From Euglena gracilis (Eukaryota), in the NCBI GenBank assembly GCA_039621445.1, contig CP154954.1, positions 10,497,521 through 10,561,520 of the forward strand: a stretch of DNA of 64,000 bases, in the 5' to 3' direction. Positions 43,401-56,100 of this stretch are shown here, one piece after another. Made by a program: the position numbers and the translations under genes. The stretch's first letter is position 1. Every line of letters starts with the position of its first letter. The notes under the pieces were generated by a model. It had not been told where the DNA came from and searched no databases. It was given only the letters and a program-made list of their open reading frames with translations.

Positions 43401-46400
43401 GCAAAATTGCGACAAACAGCCCAGAGATGCTAAACATTGGCCAAAACTGGTCGGAATTGCCCTGGGATTTCCGAACGTTGCCCAAAACAAAAGAAAAGGC
43501 TACGCAACCTCAATTCTTTATTTCCCCATTTCCAGATGCATTTGCCGATATCTTGCACAACCAAGAATTATTTTCACTCCATATTTTGGCCTTTTTTGGA
43601 GAAAAATGTGGGGCTGTGTTCTGCTCACAGGTTGCAATAGCCCAATGTCAACCCTCTCTCTAATTCGTTGATTTTTTGCAGCTCATGAGCCCATGAGTCC
43701 CAATCAGGCTTTTGCTTAAAGGATTGCAGTACCCCCCCGGGGGGGGGGGCTGGGCTGCAGCTAGCCCAAATTTTGGCCAGTGGGAATTCCAGCAGACCCC
43801 CCCGGGGGGTCTGCTGGCAGGGCTAGCTAGTGGAATTTTTTTTTTCCAGTGACGGGCGCGAAGCGCCGGAAATTTTTTTTGGACCCCCCAAAATGGCCCA
43901 AAATGCCCGTTTTTTGGCCAGTTTTGGGAATTTTTGGAACAAAATCAGCCAAAAACCTCTTGAAAACCTCATTTCCACCTTGGCGCAGCGCTGGAGGAAA
44001 AATTTTCCAGTGGGGGGGACCCCGGACCCTCCCCCAGGGGGAGTCCTAGCTAGTCCATTTTTTCCAGTGTCTGATTGGCTAGCCAGTACCCCCCCCGGGG
44101 TCCTTAAGCAAAAGCCTGGTCCCAATGCCAGATAAAAAGGTTCTGGTTCGATGAATTATCAATCCCACAAATTACCATATGGTGGACCAGACGTTTTTTG
44201 TTTTAGATCAAATCCCTGCAAATGATGCGACCAGAGCCCCACCTCCAGCGTTCAAAGTCAAAGTCCGCCAAATCCCGACTAATCCTGACAAATCCCAACC
44301 ACAGCACCAACAATCCCAAGTGTCTGGAGGTGCTTGGTCTGGAGACAGTTTCTCGGTTTGAGAATCGGAAATTTGAGTCGAAAGTCGCTCCCTGGCTGCC
44401 GGAGCTCTCGCCACGCACTGCCCACCGAACCCGGGGTGGGCCTCGCCCCAAATGCAAGCGCTGCGCCGCCGGGTGGCTAAAGTGCAGCCTCGCACAAGGA
44501 TCGAACGCCGGTCGGGGAGCATTCGAACAAACCCCCGAGGGTGGGACACCCAAAACGAGCCACCACCATGAAGGCATTTTCCAAAAAAGACATTCTGGGG
44601 GGGGCACTCCGATTGAGAGATCGCCTCAAACGGCACAAACTTCAGGAAGCACAATGACTGACAACCCTCCGTACTGCTGCGTGCGAACTGACAAAATGAA
44701 AATGAAACGGTCCGATATGGCGGTCGTGGGCCCAACCTTCGCCGGGGACCCCTCCGGTGGGCCTTGAAGAAGCCTGATTGCACACCATACTGACCCAGTC
44801 ACCCACAACCCCCCCCCCCGTCCCCCCCCCCCCCCCCCCCCCAGTCCCCCCACAACTCACCCCCCACCCCCAGCCTTCCACCCCCCCCCCCCCAGCATTC
44901 CCACCTCCCGCCCAGCCGCCCCAACCCCCCCCCCCCCCCCCGCGGTGGTGGGTGACTTTTTTTTTAGAGTGACCGACTGGTTTTGAGCCCCTCACCCATG
45001 GCAAATAACCACCAAAGTCACGAGCACCGGAAAATTATTTCCAGAGTGGCCGACCCATACCATTGCTTAAAGTGTGTCCAACCCCCCCGGAGGGAGGTGA
45101 TTGACGTGGAGCATGTGCCTGGCACAGGCAATTACTTAAGCACTGACCGACCCCCCCCCCTGGGGGGTGGGTGACTGGTTTTTTCAGAGTGACTGACTGG
45201 TTTTTGGCCCGGACCCCCCCCCCCCCGGGGGGGGGGGGGGAGTCGGCCAGGAGTGGGCAAAACTGGCTTGAGTAACCCCAAAACTTTTTGGGGCCTAAAA
45301 TGGCCTAAAGTGACTGGAAAGTGGCCGTTTTTCTGAGTGGCCAACCCCCCCGGGGTACGGGGTACGGGGGGGGGGGGGGTAGTGACTGGCTGGTTTTTTG
45401 AAAATGAGTGACTGACTGGTTTTTTTTAAAAAAAAAGTGGAGTGACCCACCCCTCCCCCCCGGGGGGGTCGGTAAAAAATTGTATGGCCTGGCGGACGCT
45501 TGGTGGCCAGGAATGGCTGAAAGTTGCCAGCTGATTTTTTGGATTTTTGGTCAAAATCCCTTGCTTTTTGGCCATTTTTGGCCGAGTGGCCAAAGTGACT
45601 GACTCCCCCCCCCCGGGGTGGTTGGAAGTGTGTGACTTGTTTTTGAAAAGTGACTGACTATATTTTTGACAGTGGATAAGTGGGGGGTCGGGGGGGGGGG
45701 GGTCGGTAAAAAATGGTACGGCGCACACGCCCTCCCCGAGCCTTTCCGTTCCTTTCCTTTCCTTCCTTGGCGAACAACCCCGTGGCGGAGGGCCCGGCGG
45801 GGGCATCGCGGTCCTGCGGCGGGCGGGGCGCCGGGCGGTGGCCAACCACCGGGCCATGCCCTCGCCGGCCTTGGACCGCCGGGGGGCACCGCCGGACTGG
45901 GTTAGCCCTTCCACAACACCGCGTTTGGTTGCGTGGGGAGACAGGAGGGAGTTGAGGCTGGTCTGTACCCGGGGGGGGAGGAGATATGCAAGTAGCACAA
46001 CTGGCATTTGCATTTGCATAATCCAAATCTTGAAGTTTTGCATTTTTTTGCATATTTTGCATTTCTTTTGCACAATTAAAAAATTGTGAAAAATTGCATT
46101 CTTTTTTTTTGCATATTTTGACTTTCCGACTCTTTCGGAGCATTTGTGTGGACAAATTTTTCTATTTTCAGGTAACTGGAAGCTGTATACCCCACGTTTT
46201 TGGACCAATTTCACATTTAATGATGAAGTGGATGCAACGAGGAACCAACCATTTCACTTTGCAAGTTTGCACCACATTTTCTTTTGGTGTTGCATTTTAG
46301 GGCAGGTGAAATTTTTCTAAGTGCTTTCCAGCAGAAAAGTGCAGAGCCCCGGGGAGCTCCTAAAGGATTGACATGCAATTTACAATTTTTTTTGCATTTT

Positions 46401-49400
46401 TTGACGCTTTTTTTTTTGCTGATTTTGGGCTCAAAATATTTTCGGCCCAGCCCTTTGTGCCGGGCCAAAAATCAGACCAAACCTCCTAAAGTTGTCTTCC
46501 GACCAGGGGTGGTCGTTGGACATTAAGGGGTCGTTGGACATTGGAGGGTCGTGGATATTGTAGGGAGGTATTGACCAGGGGGGTGCAATAACACAGGGGG
46601 TCAGGAAGTGAAACACAGGCAAAACAAAAACTGATTTTGGTAAGGGGTCTGATCCCCCCAAATAGTTCATTTTACTGGATGGATGCAGGTTGCGACCCCC
46701 CAACCCCTGCGGGTCCACCAGTTTAGGGATGGGTTCATCAATTTTGAATTTGGGGGGGGGGCTGTCTTAAAAAAACAATCCCTGCACCAGAAGTGTGTTT
46801 GCTTGATTGTGAATCATCATCCCAAGAAGACACTTCTGCGGGGAAAACATTCCTCATCGTGCATCTTTGAACCCTGGGGGGGTCAGGCTGGGCCAAACAG
46901 TTTAACCCCCCACCTGATTTATATCGAGACCTGTGTTAGGGTCATGATGAAGCCGAAATTTAGGTCGATATTTGGGTCTCTAACTTAGACCGAATTTTTG
47001 GCCGACAGCCAAACTTCAGCCTCCTTAACACTATCCTGTTTTTTTTATTATTGAAAGCGGCTCCCTGTCCCTATTTCTCAAAATAACAGATTTTCCAAAC
47101 AATGGCAAATCCCCCCTCCTCCCCGCACACTTAATGTCCTGCCTTAGGCCTAAGGGACGGCTCTGGGGATTAAACGGGGCCAAATAAAGTCGAAAAACAC
47201 ATTTTTTTGCCATTTTTGTTGGACGATGCTGAAACATCGCCTTTTTTGGACCATTTTCATTGTGGATTTTCATTGAATGTGCTGGGATGGGAATATTTAT
47301 TTTTTCGGTTAAGGGCTGCCCCGACTGTGCCTGAAAGGCATTGCCCTCTGTGTTCCTTGATTTGGCTGGGGTAGTTTGTATTATTCTTTCAATATTTTTG
47401 GTTTCCCGACATTTTTAACGTAAATTTTGTCTCATTTCATTTCATTTGTTTGTGAATTTTTTCCGTACATTTTTTGATTCCCCCAGTTTTGCAGCGATAT
47501 CTGTTTGCATTTACCCCCTGTATTTTTCGAGTTTCCGAGTATTTTCGCATGCAGCAGAATTGGTGTGAATAGCACAGCAGATGCGTCTGACGACGCATTG
47601 CGAGGTGAGGTCTGTGTGCAAGGGGAAAAGAAACCATTAAATAGAGAGAAAATACCGAAAGACAAGCGCCTGGAACTGGGTACGAAGCATGGTCCATGCC
47701 GCATAATGCACACAAGCAGCAGCTAGTCATCGACTGAGTAGTTTGTTTTTTAATTCGGGCCCCGAGGGAAGCAAACGATTGCGGCGCGCCAATTGGAGAT
47801 CCCGATGGAGTAGCAACCAATTGGGTTATGTCCCACTGGAGGTGTTAGTTAGGGCCCCCCCCTCCCATCCCACTCTCAATTCTTTCTTTTCGGTGTGGAT
47901 GCCCATGGGTCCACCCATAGATCCTGTCATTTAAACGGAGGTTGGCGAGACCCAATGCACCGGCTTCAGAAGGACTTCCCAAACGTGACAGTGCGAGACT
48001 TGTTCCTTGAAAAGCTGCCAATCGGGATCTCGCTGTTTGCATTAGCACACTTGCATTTGTAATGTGCCAGTTTTAGTTTAATAAATCAGTGCCAAGAGTT
48101 TTCTGAATCTTTCTGGATTGGTAAATAAATATTTCAATCGGTTTGTACCACCAATTTTGAAATGATTGGCACTGGCCCTGAAATGCCATATTTAAGCATC
48201 GGCATCATTGAACCTAAACCAAATCCCCTCCCTTGTCTGGTGGTCATCAACTGCCGAGCACAAGGCAAACGCGGACGAAATATAAGTTTTGATAACTACC
48301 TTCCCCCCATGTGTAATGAAACCCCTTGTTGAATGAGCAGGTGATTTCAATGCTGGACGTTATGTTTGTGGTGTTAATAATAATGATGAGGGTTATCAAG
48401 TGAACTCCCAATTATACAGACCTCCCGAAAATGTATGTCCCCCCAACTAAATATCAGCCTGCATATTTGACCCCCCCTGAATTGACTTTCCCACATGTAT
48501 TTAAACCCCCACCCCCCGACATAAGCAAGGGTGCGATTCAGGGCAAAGTAGGTAAATATTTTGGGAGGATGGTACAATTTTTCACAAGAAATGAAAATAT
48601 ATTTGGGCATGAGGTACACGGGGGCCTCTGCACATTTTCATTTCCTCCAACTGTAATCAAACACCAACCAACGTTTTATTTAAGCTTTAATTTTTTTTGA
48701 GCATCTCCTCCTGATTTCCTAAAATGATGTTTCCCCCCCTGAAATAGATAATTTCTTCCATCCATGCTTTGCCCTAGAATAGCATCCCAAAGGGGCTGTA
48801 AACTGTGGCATGCTCATACTCAAATGGTGGAATTTGATTGTCTAAAAACCAGGGTGCGGGCTTCACATTTGGGACTTTAAGTTCGTCATTAACTTAGCAG
48901 ATTAGCCCACCCAAGTACAAAGTCCGCCTGGCTTTGTATTTGGGCAGGATTTCAAGACCTTTGGGGTCAGGCTTCTGCTCAAGGATCCTCAGTACCTTCC
49001 CCCCCCCCCACAGGGTGGACTGCAGCTAGTCAAATTTGGCTAGTAAATCCTAGTGGACCACCCATAGGGGTCCGCTTGCAGGGCCAGCTAGTGGATTTTT
49101 TCCCCCAGTTACCGGCGCGAATCGCTGGAGACCCTAAAGCCTGCCAAAAAAATGCCCATTTTTGGATTTTTTTTGCTACTTTTTTGGAATAAAATCAGCA
49201 AAGGAAACACAGTACTAACCTCATTTCCACTCAACGCGGAGGAATTTTTTTTCTGCTTGAGGGGACCCTGCATCCCCCCTGGGATGGGGGGTCCCAGCTA
49301 ATAGCCAGCGTGTCTTCAGCATTGCGAAACAGAAAACCTGTCTTTGATTCGGAAGACAGAAAATACTTTCAGGCCTGAGTCGGAAAACGAATTGGTTAAT

Positions 49401-52400
49401 TGATAAACCAGACAGTCTGTCATCTCCTCCGGATTTGTGTCACAACAATGTTTCACATCTTTGCCAGCTTGCCAGGTGCATTTCGCCAAAAATGTGACCA
49501 CAGAGCATTTTTTGCTTCTTGGCGCATTTTTTGCATGATGTAACCAAAAATTTCGCATTTTTTTCGACCATCTTTGCAATTTTTTTTAGCATTTTTTTGC
49601 ACATTTTTGCATTTTTTTTGAAACTGACATTTTCCATATGATTTGCATTTTCATGATTTTGAGATCTTTTTGAGCGCCAAGGAATTGTTCCGGGGCCCCG
49701 CACCCCGCTGCCGGAGGCGCTGGCCCACCTCGCCGCGGCGGAGGTCATCGTCAGCCCGCACGGCGCCCAGCTGAGCCACATCGCACTGCTGGAGCACCCC
49801 AACGTGCTGGAGCTGCTCCCGGAGAGCTGGGCCGCGGGCACCAACCGCAGAGGGGGCAGCTGGGCGCCGTCCCCGGCCCGAAGTGTGCGGTGGGGCAGGT
49901 CAGTGTCATTCAGTGATGCTCTTGGATCCCAATGTCTTGCTGGTTCTCTGTGTTGCTCTGTGTTGCAGGGCAGATGATCGCTGCAATTTTTGACGGTTTT
50001 CTGCAATTGTACGCAAATTGCTTCAAAGACAAGGACAGAAATCCCCCTTGGAAGTGCGGTGTTGGAGGGTTGCATGGTGACGGGTAGCCTTGTGCCTGGG
50101 AGGCGGGGGCTGGGTGAGATTGGATGAACTTCTGGGCTGCAATCTGGCACAGGTGGGCGAGTGGTTTTGGCGGCAACCAACCTGAAGAATTGAAGGGCTT
50201 GAGTGAGACTGGGGGAACAAAGACCTGCAAACAGCGAAAAACTAAAAAAAAATGGCGAAAAATGACCAGAAATCCAGTCCAAAATGACGTATTTTTCTCT
50301 GTTTAAATCCTTTCCCAGCAAAAACCGAAATCGGCATGGAAAAGAAATGCAAAAAAAAAACAGGGAGGAGAAAATTCATTTCACGTTTTTTTGTATTTTT
50401 GCGCATTCTTTTGCACATTTTTTTCAAATTTTCCAACAATGAGCAGTTTTGCGGATGTTTGCGCAGTCGTCGCACATTTTTCTTTTTTTTTTTGGAGCAT
50501 TTTTTGCTTCCTGGTACATTTTTTTTCGTGATTTAGCCAAGATTCTCGCATTTTTTGACCATTTTTTTTGCAAGTTTTTCATTTTTTTCCCAATTTTGGA
50601 TTTTTTTTTTGAAACTGACATTTTCCACATGATTTTCATTTTCGTGATTTTTGTGCTTTTTCTCTCAGATTTTGCATATTTCTGTGCATTTTCCCCCCAT
50701 TCATTTTCTCAAATGTATGGGCTGTTTTTGAAGCTCAAAAAATTTTCCCCCTGCCCACCAGGTTTTCCACGAATCTACACCCCTCCCCGTGATAAAGGTG
50801 GTCCAGAGCTGCCCTTCTTCTGCTCATTTCCTCTCACTCAATACCATGCCCATGGGGCATCCTCCGCAGGCTCTCGCCCCATTCCCCCAACTGTTCCCCT
50901 TCCTCTTCCTTTCCTGTCCCTCCCAGCTGGTCCACTGTCTCTCCGTTTTTGTTGCATCCTGATTGTGTCTCTGCCGCGGCAGTCGGCTGCGCCCTCAGTT
51001 CCAGAAGCTGGCGTGCAACTACGTCGCCCTGGTGGTCCGCGGGGCGGGCTACGCCGATGCGATGGCGCCTGCGCCGGGGGCTTTTCGGGGGGTTGAGCGG
51101 CAAGCCTGCCCGCAGCAACTGCCCGTTCAGAAAGTGACATTCTTTTTCCGAGATGAAGGAGGGTCCGAAGGTGTCCAAAACGGCGCAGTAGCACGATTCA
51201 GATCGCGATTTCCGCAAATCTGAAAAAAAAATTGCGGGGAATGCGACGGAAATCGTGGTTTTCAAGGTTTCGATCGCAATTTCTGCAATTCTGGAAAAAA
51301 ATTCACAGGAAATGCGACGGAAATTCACGATTCCGATCGCGATTTACGCATTTCAGATCAAGATTCCCGCAAATCTGAAAAAATTTCGTGGGAAATGCCA
51401 CAGAAATTGTGGTTTTCCGAGCCGTCGTAGTTGGTCATCGGAAATTCAGGCAGTCCTCCAAAATGCAAGCCAACGGCTGACGGCGGTGCAAGAGGCTCTC
51501 GTCTCCCAAGGAGTCAGGCTTCTGTGGAATGTCACCCGTGACGGAGGCTGCACAATAGCAACCAGCGAGGTGTTTTGTTTGAGGAGTTTTTTTTGTCCAT
51601 TTGGGCCAGAAACAATCACTTATGTGCAAAGTGCTTTATGTGCAAAGAACACCCCCCTAAAGACCATCCCCTTTTTTGAAGGTTATGTCTTGCGGCTGCC
51701 AACTTTCCCTGGCATTTTCAGCCTAGGAACCCAGAACTGCACATAAAACTGTCCACAAGAAGGCAGTTGTCGCCAACCAGGCATTGTTTTAAGGCGAAAT
51801 TCGCAAAAAAAATCCAAGGTTATTCATGGCGTTTTTTTTAGTTTTTTTTTAATAAAAAAGTTTATTGAGGCATTTTGAAAATTTGAAGATTTTTTAAGTG
51901 TCCATTTTCCATTGGCGGTCAAAGAGCCATCTGTTCATCGAACCAGCGTCGATCCAAGTTGAAAACCAAACCCATGTTTTTTGGTGGATAGACAATGCCA
52001 GAAATCATTTTCCCCGAGTTTTTTGCCAAGATTTTTTGCGACTTCAATTCGAGTTTATTTCCAGGACCAATAAATTATTTAGGTTTTTTAAGGTTTTATA
52101 AAGGCTTTTTTTAAGGCCTTTTGTTTTTTTTAAGTTGTTTTTTTTCCAGGATTTTTAAGGTGCTTTAAAAAAAATTCTGCCAGCGGCAGGAAGGGAGGGG
52201 TTCTTGAGCCAAATAAGGTCTTTGAAGCTTGCAATATTTGATGCTGAAAGCAGGAACGATGCCTTGCCATATTTGATTCAACTGTCTTCCGGTCTGACCA
52301 AACCTTGTGCACTTTCTCAATTTGCTGGCGTTTCCAAATTCTCAAAAAATAACAAATTCCGTCTCTTTTATGTGGGGACGTGTTCAATGTGTGATTTATC

Positions 52401-52630
52401 AGGGTTTGAAGATGATTGCACGGCGATGGAAGTCAATAATGGACAAATGTTTGCAGGGGCTGGAGGAGGGGGGGCGGTTTCTGTCGTACTGTTCTGTTTC
52501 TGTCGGACTGGTGCAGCCTCATTTGCAACCACACTGCAATGCGGCAGTGCCTTGTACAATTGCGCTGGATGACAAACAACGGCACGCAATGATTTCTCGC
52601 CACCACGGCTACGCAGCAAACACCAAGTGA
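38760..52630 (+). CDS. Spliced secreted glycosyltransferase family 61 (DUF563)-like gene
   Basis: Signal-peptide exon 38760-~38885 (MGVQWPLWVACMLLALGVPS); exons ~39566-39763, 40073-40175, 40650-40796, 41317-~41400 (HPSFYHFVFEIL), ~45770-45850 (IAVLRRAGRRAVANH), ~49685-49848 (AAAEVIVSPHGAQLSHIALLEHPNVLELLP), ~50999-51056, ~51433-51569, 52517-52630 (TGA). The YH, R..R..N and HGA.L...VLE.P motifs occur in GT61 order; exons at 41.9-47.9 kb are unresolved. Confidence 0.8.
39764..40072 (+). other. Euglenid-type nonconventional intron with MITE-like TIRs
   Basis: ct|GGCCGGGCTTCCATTTGA...TCAAAGGGAAGCCTGGGGGT|gg; Y|R at both ends; joins GVVL-VEYGDAF in frame. Confidence 0.8.
40176..40649 (+). other. 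Nonconventional intron containing a (CAT)n-(CCT)n microsatellite
   Basis: aac|GGGAGCGTGCGGAAGG...CCTTCTCCACACTGTTTT|ggg; 11 of 13 pairs in +n/-(n+2) register; joins PFWN-GPHRV. Confidence 0.6.
40408..40520. repeat. (CAT)n then (CCT)n microsatellite
   Basis: Directly visible. Confidence 0.9.
40797..41316 (+). other. Euglenid-type nonconventional intron
   Basis: tcc|GACCAGGGCGGGGG...CCCCAGCCCTGGCCCC|acc; CAG at +4..6, CTG at -8..-6; 11 of 12 pairs; joins WYHQKS-TPFLLVG. Confidence 0.8.
41538..41797. mobile_element. hAT-type MITE (intronic)
   Basis: 16-bp perfect TIR CAGGGGTTTTCTTAAG; TSD CTGGCGAT/CTGGTGAT (7 of 8). Confidence 0.9.
43705..44118. mobile_element. hAT-type MITE (intronic)
   Basis: 15-bp TIR CAGGCTTTTGCTTAA; perfect 8-bp TSD GTCCCAAT; a decayed relative lies at ~48968-49320. 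Confidence 0.93.
44930..45720. repeat. Cluster of G/C-run-rich repeats with a recurring GTGACTG(ACT)GGTTTT motif, probably MITE-derived
   Basis: Motif at ~44968, 45171, 45188, 45382, 45407 and 45650; ends and TSD not defined. Confidence 0.5.
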
Positions 52631-52750
52631 AGTCATGCCTTGTTTGCGGGCTTTTTAGGAGGCGAATGCTTTTAGGAAGGCAAGGCTTTGCTCCTGTCGC
52701 GCCTGCTTTTCCAGAGGTTGGTTCTAATCGCGATGGCTATCGCCCCATTT

Positions 52751-53157
52751 TCCCCCCCCCCCCCCCTATGTCCAACGACCCCCCCCCCGGTCAGAGGACA
52801 CCTTTTCGGAGGTTTGACCGAATTTTTGGTCCCGGCGTGAAGCGCCGGGACGAAAAATTTTGCCCAAAAATTTTCCAAAAATTTGGCCAAAGTGCCATTT
52901 TTGACACTTTTTGGACAAAAATTTGTCAAAATTGCCCAAAATTTTCGGCGCAAATCGCCGGAAGGGAAAATTTGGGAATTTTTGGGTGGGTAGGGACCCG
53001 GGTACCCACCAACTTTCTTTTGACCCCATGTCCAACGACCCCCCCCCCCGGTCAGAGGACACCTTTTTGGTCACTACCCTATGTCCAACGACCACCCCCC
53101 CCCCCCGCCGTCAGAGGACAGAGGTTACCGGCCATTGGGCATAGGGGGGGGGGGGGG
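52751..53157. mobile_element. MITE-like element with poly-C TIRs
   Basis: (C)nTATGTCCAA ... TTGGGCATA(G)n; three copies of ATGTCCAACGACC..GTCAGAGGACA; related inverted copy at ~46420-46545. Confidence 0.65.
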
Positions 53158-53718
53158 TAACGAGTTTGAAGCGCATCCGAGTTTCACTCCGAAAGCCGAG
53201 GGGCGGAAGGCCTCATTCAATGCGCACCCCTCGGGTATCGACCCCTCTGATGCCCCGGGGGCCAGTAGATCTGCGGTTCCAAATGGTGCTGCACCCCGCC
53301 GGTGAAGCGAGCGTGCTGCAGTGCCGCAACCCCCCAAATATCGAAACGCTAATTGCGCAGAAGTTGGCGCAGCCCACTTCACGCGCCTTTTTCAGCCCAC
53401 AGAAAGAGGAAAGTGGGCAATTACCCACCCGACAAGATCACGACCATTCAGGCTCCGCACTTCGAGATGGTGAGGTCCTGCTTTCCTTGCCGGCTGCTCT
53501 TTTCTGGTGTGTTTGTGCGTGCGCGGGGGGTGCTTCTTACTGCGTTTTGTTGCCGGAGTTGGCTGATTCCTAATTCTGCCCTTCGACCACAAGGAAGAAG
53601 AATTTCAACTCAACGAGTTCAACAACGTTCAGCATAGCATCCAATCAATACAGAGGAGGAAGAGCAATTCAGACGATAACGAAAAGCGCAGGAAGAAAAA
53701 ATTTGATTTCCATGAAAG

Positions 53719-56100
53719 ATGCAACATACCTGGAGTCCAGCGGCGCAGCAGAGCAACAAAGAACCCCTGCGAAGGCAGCAGAAGCTGGAGAAGATGGAGT
53801 TCCAGCAGGCGCCGGAGCAACCAACATGGAAAGTCAAGCAGCGTTACAAGGAGTTTCAAGGAAGAAACCTGAAGTGGAGAAGAGCGGAGGAGCAGCAGGC
53901 GCTGGAGACGATGACGGTTCAGGAGCGGAACACCAGTCCGTGGCCGTCGCAACCCCCCCACCTTCCAATTTCCCGAAAAATTTTCAATTCCAGTTCTACC
54001 ACGGCCATGGACCCTGGACATTGGTGGCCAGAAAGTCGAGGAGACAAAGACACCAACAGCCCACAGTCCAGAGGGACAGAAATGGGGAGACAGGTCTGGA
54101 AGACTACCCCCGCATTTTCACATCACCACCCCCCACCCAGGGGGAACATTCCAAGGAGAAGTGGAAGGCATCAAGGGCATGGCGACCCTTTCCGACAAGG
54201 CTATGGCAGCCATCATCAAGGGTATGGCGCCCAGCTGCAAGGCTATGGCAGCCATCATCAAGGGCATGGAGCCCAGCTGCAAGGCTATGGCAGCCATCAT
54301 CAAGGGCATGGCGCCCAGCTGCAAGGCTATGGAAGCCAGATGCAAATACTGCAAACTTGCCCCAGGGGAAAGGCATGTCCAACTTACCCCACAGCTGTCT
54401 CAAACATAAATCCCTCAGGAGCTGTCAATCAATGCAGCAAGCAGCCCCCCCTTCAGGGACAGAAGGCCAATGGAGGCCATTATATTCAGAATCAAGAGGC
54501 CAACGGCGGCCAGTGGAGGAATCAAGACCTCAAGGCCAGGGCAGGCCATTTCAATCAAAATCAGGAGGCCAATGGGGGCCAATATATGATTCAAGATCAC
54601 CACATCAGCCCTTGGGGGGGAGGCCCAAGATTGGCTGCAACAGGGCCCACCCAGAAGATAATCAGCCCCCCAGCCTTATATGTACCACCCCACTGCAGAC
54701 ACAGACCTTCCCTCATCATTCAAAATCAGGGGGAAAGCCTGTCCTTGGAAAGCCCTATGACAGGGCCAGCTGCAGCCCCAGTGATGGGGCAACCAGGGGG
54801 AAGGACCCCAGTGATGGGGCCTGGGGAATCCCCAGACACATTACACCCAGGGGTGCCCCCTTACAAGGCCCTGCAGGCCAGCCTTCCCCATTGGGTCAAA
54901 GCAGGTGCCAGCAGAGAGGTATTAAACCTGATAAGGGAGGGGGTTATGGCAGATCTTACCCTCCCCCCTCAAATGTCCTTAAAAGTTCCCTTCAAAACCC
55001 CCCAAGAAATATTGACAGCCCAGAAAATTCTGAGAGAATACGAATGTGCAGGGGCAACCAGGCAGATCCCCCCACAGGAGGCAAAACATTTTGTCCCTTA
55101 TTTCATCATTTCCAAAAAAGAAGGGGAAAAGACCAAAGAAAGACTGATTTCAGATTGTCGACAGTTAAATCTCCATTTCACCCCCCAGAAGTTCAGATTG
55201 GAACACATGGGAAACATCTTCCCATATCTAAGAAAAGGTTGGTTCTGTGGAAAAATAGATTTGAAAGATGCTTATTTCCACTTAAAACTGCACAGCAGCC
55301 TGGAAAAACATGTTTGTATGCAGGTGGGGGGGGAAATTTGGCAGTTTCAAGCTGCATGCTTTGGTATAAGCAGCCTGCCACAGAAATTTATGGCTCTCAT
55401 GAGAGTCTGGGAAAGGAAATGGAGAAAGGAGGGAAAGGTGGTTTTCATCTACCTCGACGACATTTTGCTGTTAGCCCCCAGCAAACAGACAGCAGCCCAA
55501 CATTTGGTAGAAATGCAACAGGACCTTTTACTGGCAGGTTTCAGATTAAACCTCCCCAAATCCTGTTTGGAGCCCACTCAGGAAATAAAGCATTTGGGCC
55601 AGTGGATCAATTTGAAAAAAGGCCAACTGGAGATTCCTCAGGAAAAATTAAAATCCTTGAGAAAGGAGCTAGGCAATGTGCTCACAGCACAAAAAATGAG
55701 CTGCAGAAAACTCAGCTCCATTGTGGGGCAGGTCAGAAGCTATTTAGTCTCCATGCCATTTCTCAGAATTCTGACAGATCAACTTTGCAAAATGGTGGAT
55801 TTGCACACCAAGTGGGGTTGGGACCACACCCTGACCATTCCTCAGGGAGTCAAAGATCAGATTGTGGAGTTAAAAACGTTTTTACAGCCAGGGGTTGGCA
55901 GGGCATTTCAATCCAAGGCCTGTCAGGAACTCTTTTCAGACAGCAGCACCTGGCAATGGGGGGGGCTGGACAAGGAATCAGGCCAAAAGGTGCAGGATTT
56001 TTGGAGGGACCTGCATGTCCTTCATATCAACCAAAAAGAGTTGCAAGCTGCAGTGGAAACTGTAAAAGCACTGGCCAAGCCGACAGCCAGGTGGCTGTGA
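53719..56100 (+). CDS. DIRS pol: Q/G/H-rich N-terminus, reverse transcriptase, N-terminal part of RNase H
   Basis: YFIISKK..ERLISDCRQLN, KIDLKDAYFHL, QAACFGISSLP, IYLDD (~55447-55461), LFSDSS, HINQKEL; frameshift near 56080. Confidence 0.93.
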   Translation: MQHTWSPAAQQSNKEPLRRQQKLEKMEFQQAPEQPTWKVKQRYKEFQGRNLKWRRAEEQQALETMTVQERNTSPWPSQPPHLPISRKIFNSSSTTAMDPGHWWPESRGDKDTNSPQSRGTEMGRQVWKTTPAFSHHHPPPRGNIPRRSGRHQGHGDPFRQGYGSHHQGYGAQLQGYGSHHQGHGAQLQGYGSHHQGHGAQLQGYGSQMQILQTCPRGKACPTYPTAVSNINPSGAVNQCSKQPPLQGQKANGGHYIQNQEANGGQWRNQDLKARAGHFNQNQEANGGQYMIQDHHISPWGGGPRLAATGPTQKIISPPALYVPPHCRHRPSLIIQNQGESLSLESPMTGPAAAPVMGQPGGRTPVMGPGESPDTLHPGVPPYKALQASLPHWVKAGASREVLNLIREGVMADLTLPPQMSLKVPFKTPQEILTAQKILREYECAGATRQIPPQEAKHFVPYFIISKKEGEKTKERLISDCRQLNLHFTPQKFRLEHMGNIFPYLRKGWFCGKIDLKDAYFHLKLHSSLEKHVCMQVGGEIWQFQAACFGISSLPQKFMALMRVWERKWRKEGKVVFIYLDDILLLAPSKQTAAQHLVEMQQDLLLAGFRLNLPKSCLEPTQEIKHLGQWINLKKGQLEIPQEKLKSLRKELGNVLTAQKMSCRKLSSIVGQVRSYLVSMPFLRILTDQLCKMVDLHTKWGWDHTLTIPQGVKDQIVELKTFLQPGVGRAFQSKACQELFSDSSTWQWGGLDKESGQKVQDFWRDLHVLHINQKELQAAVETVKALAKPTARWL

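Noticed and set aside
48000-48940. Decayed minus-strand non-LTR retrotransposon fragment (YLGG, LMPK, GGWG)
   Set aside because: Many stops and no core RT motif; needs a profile search
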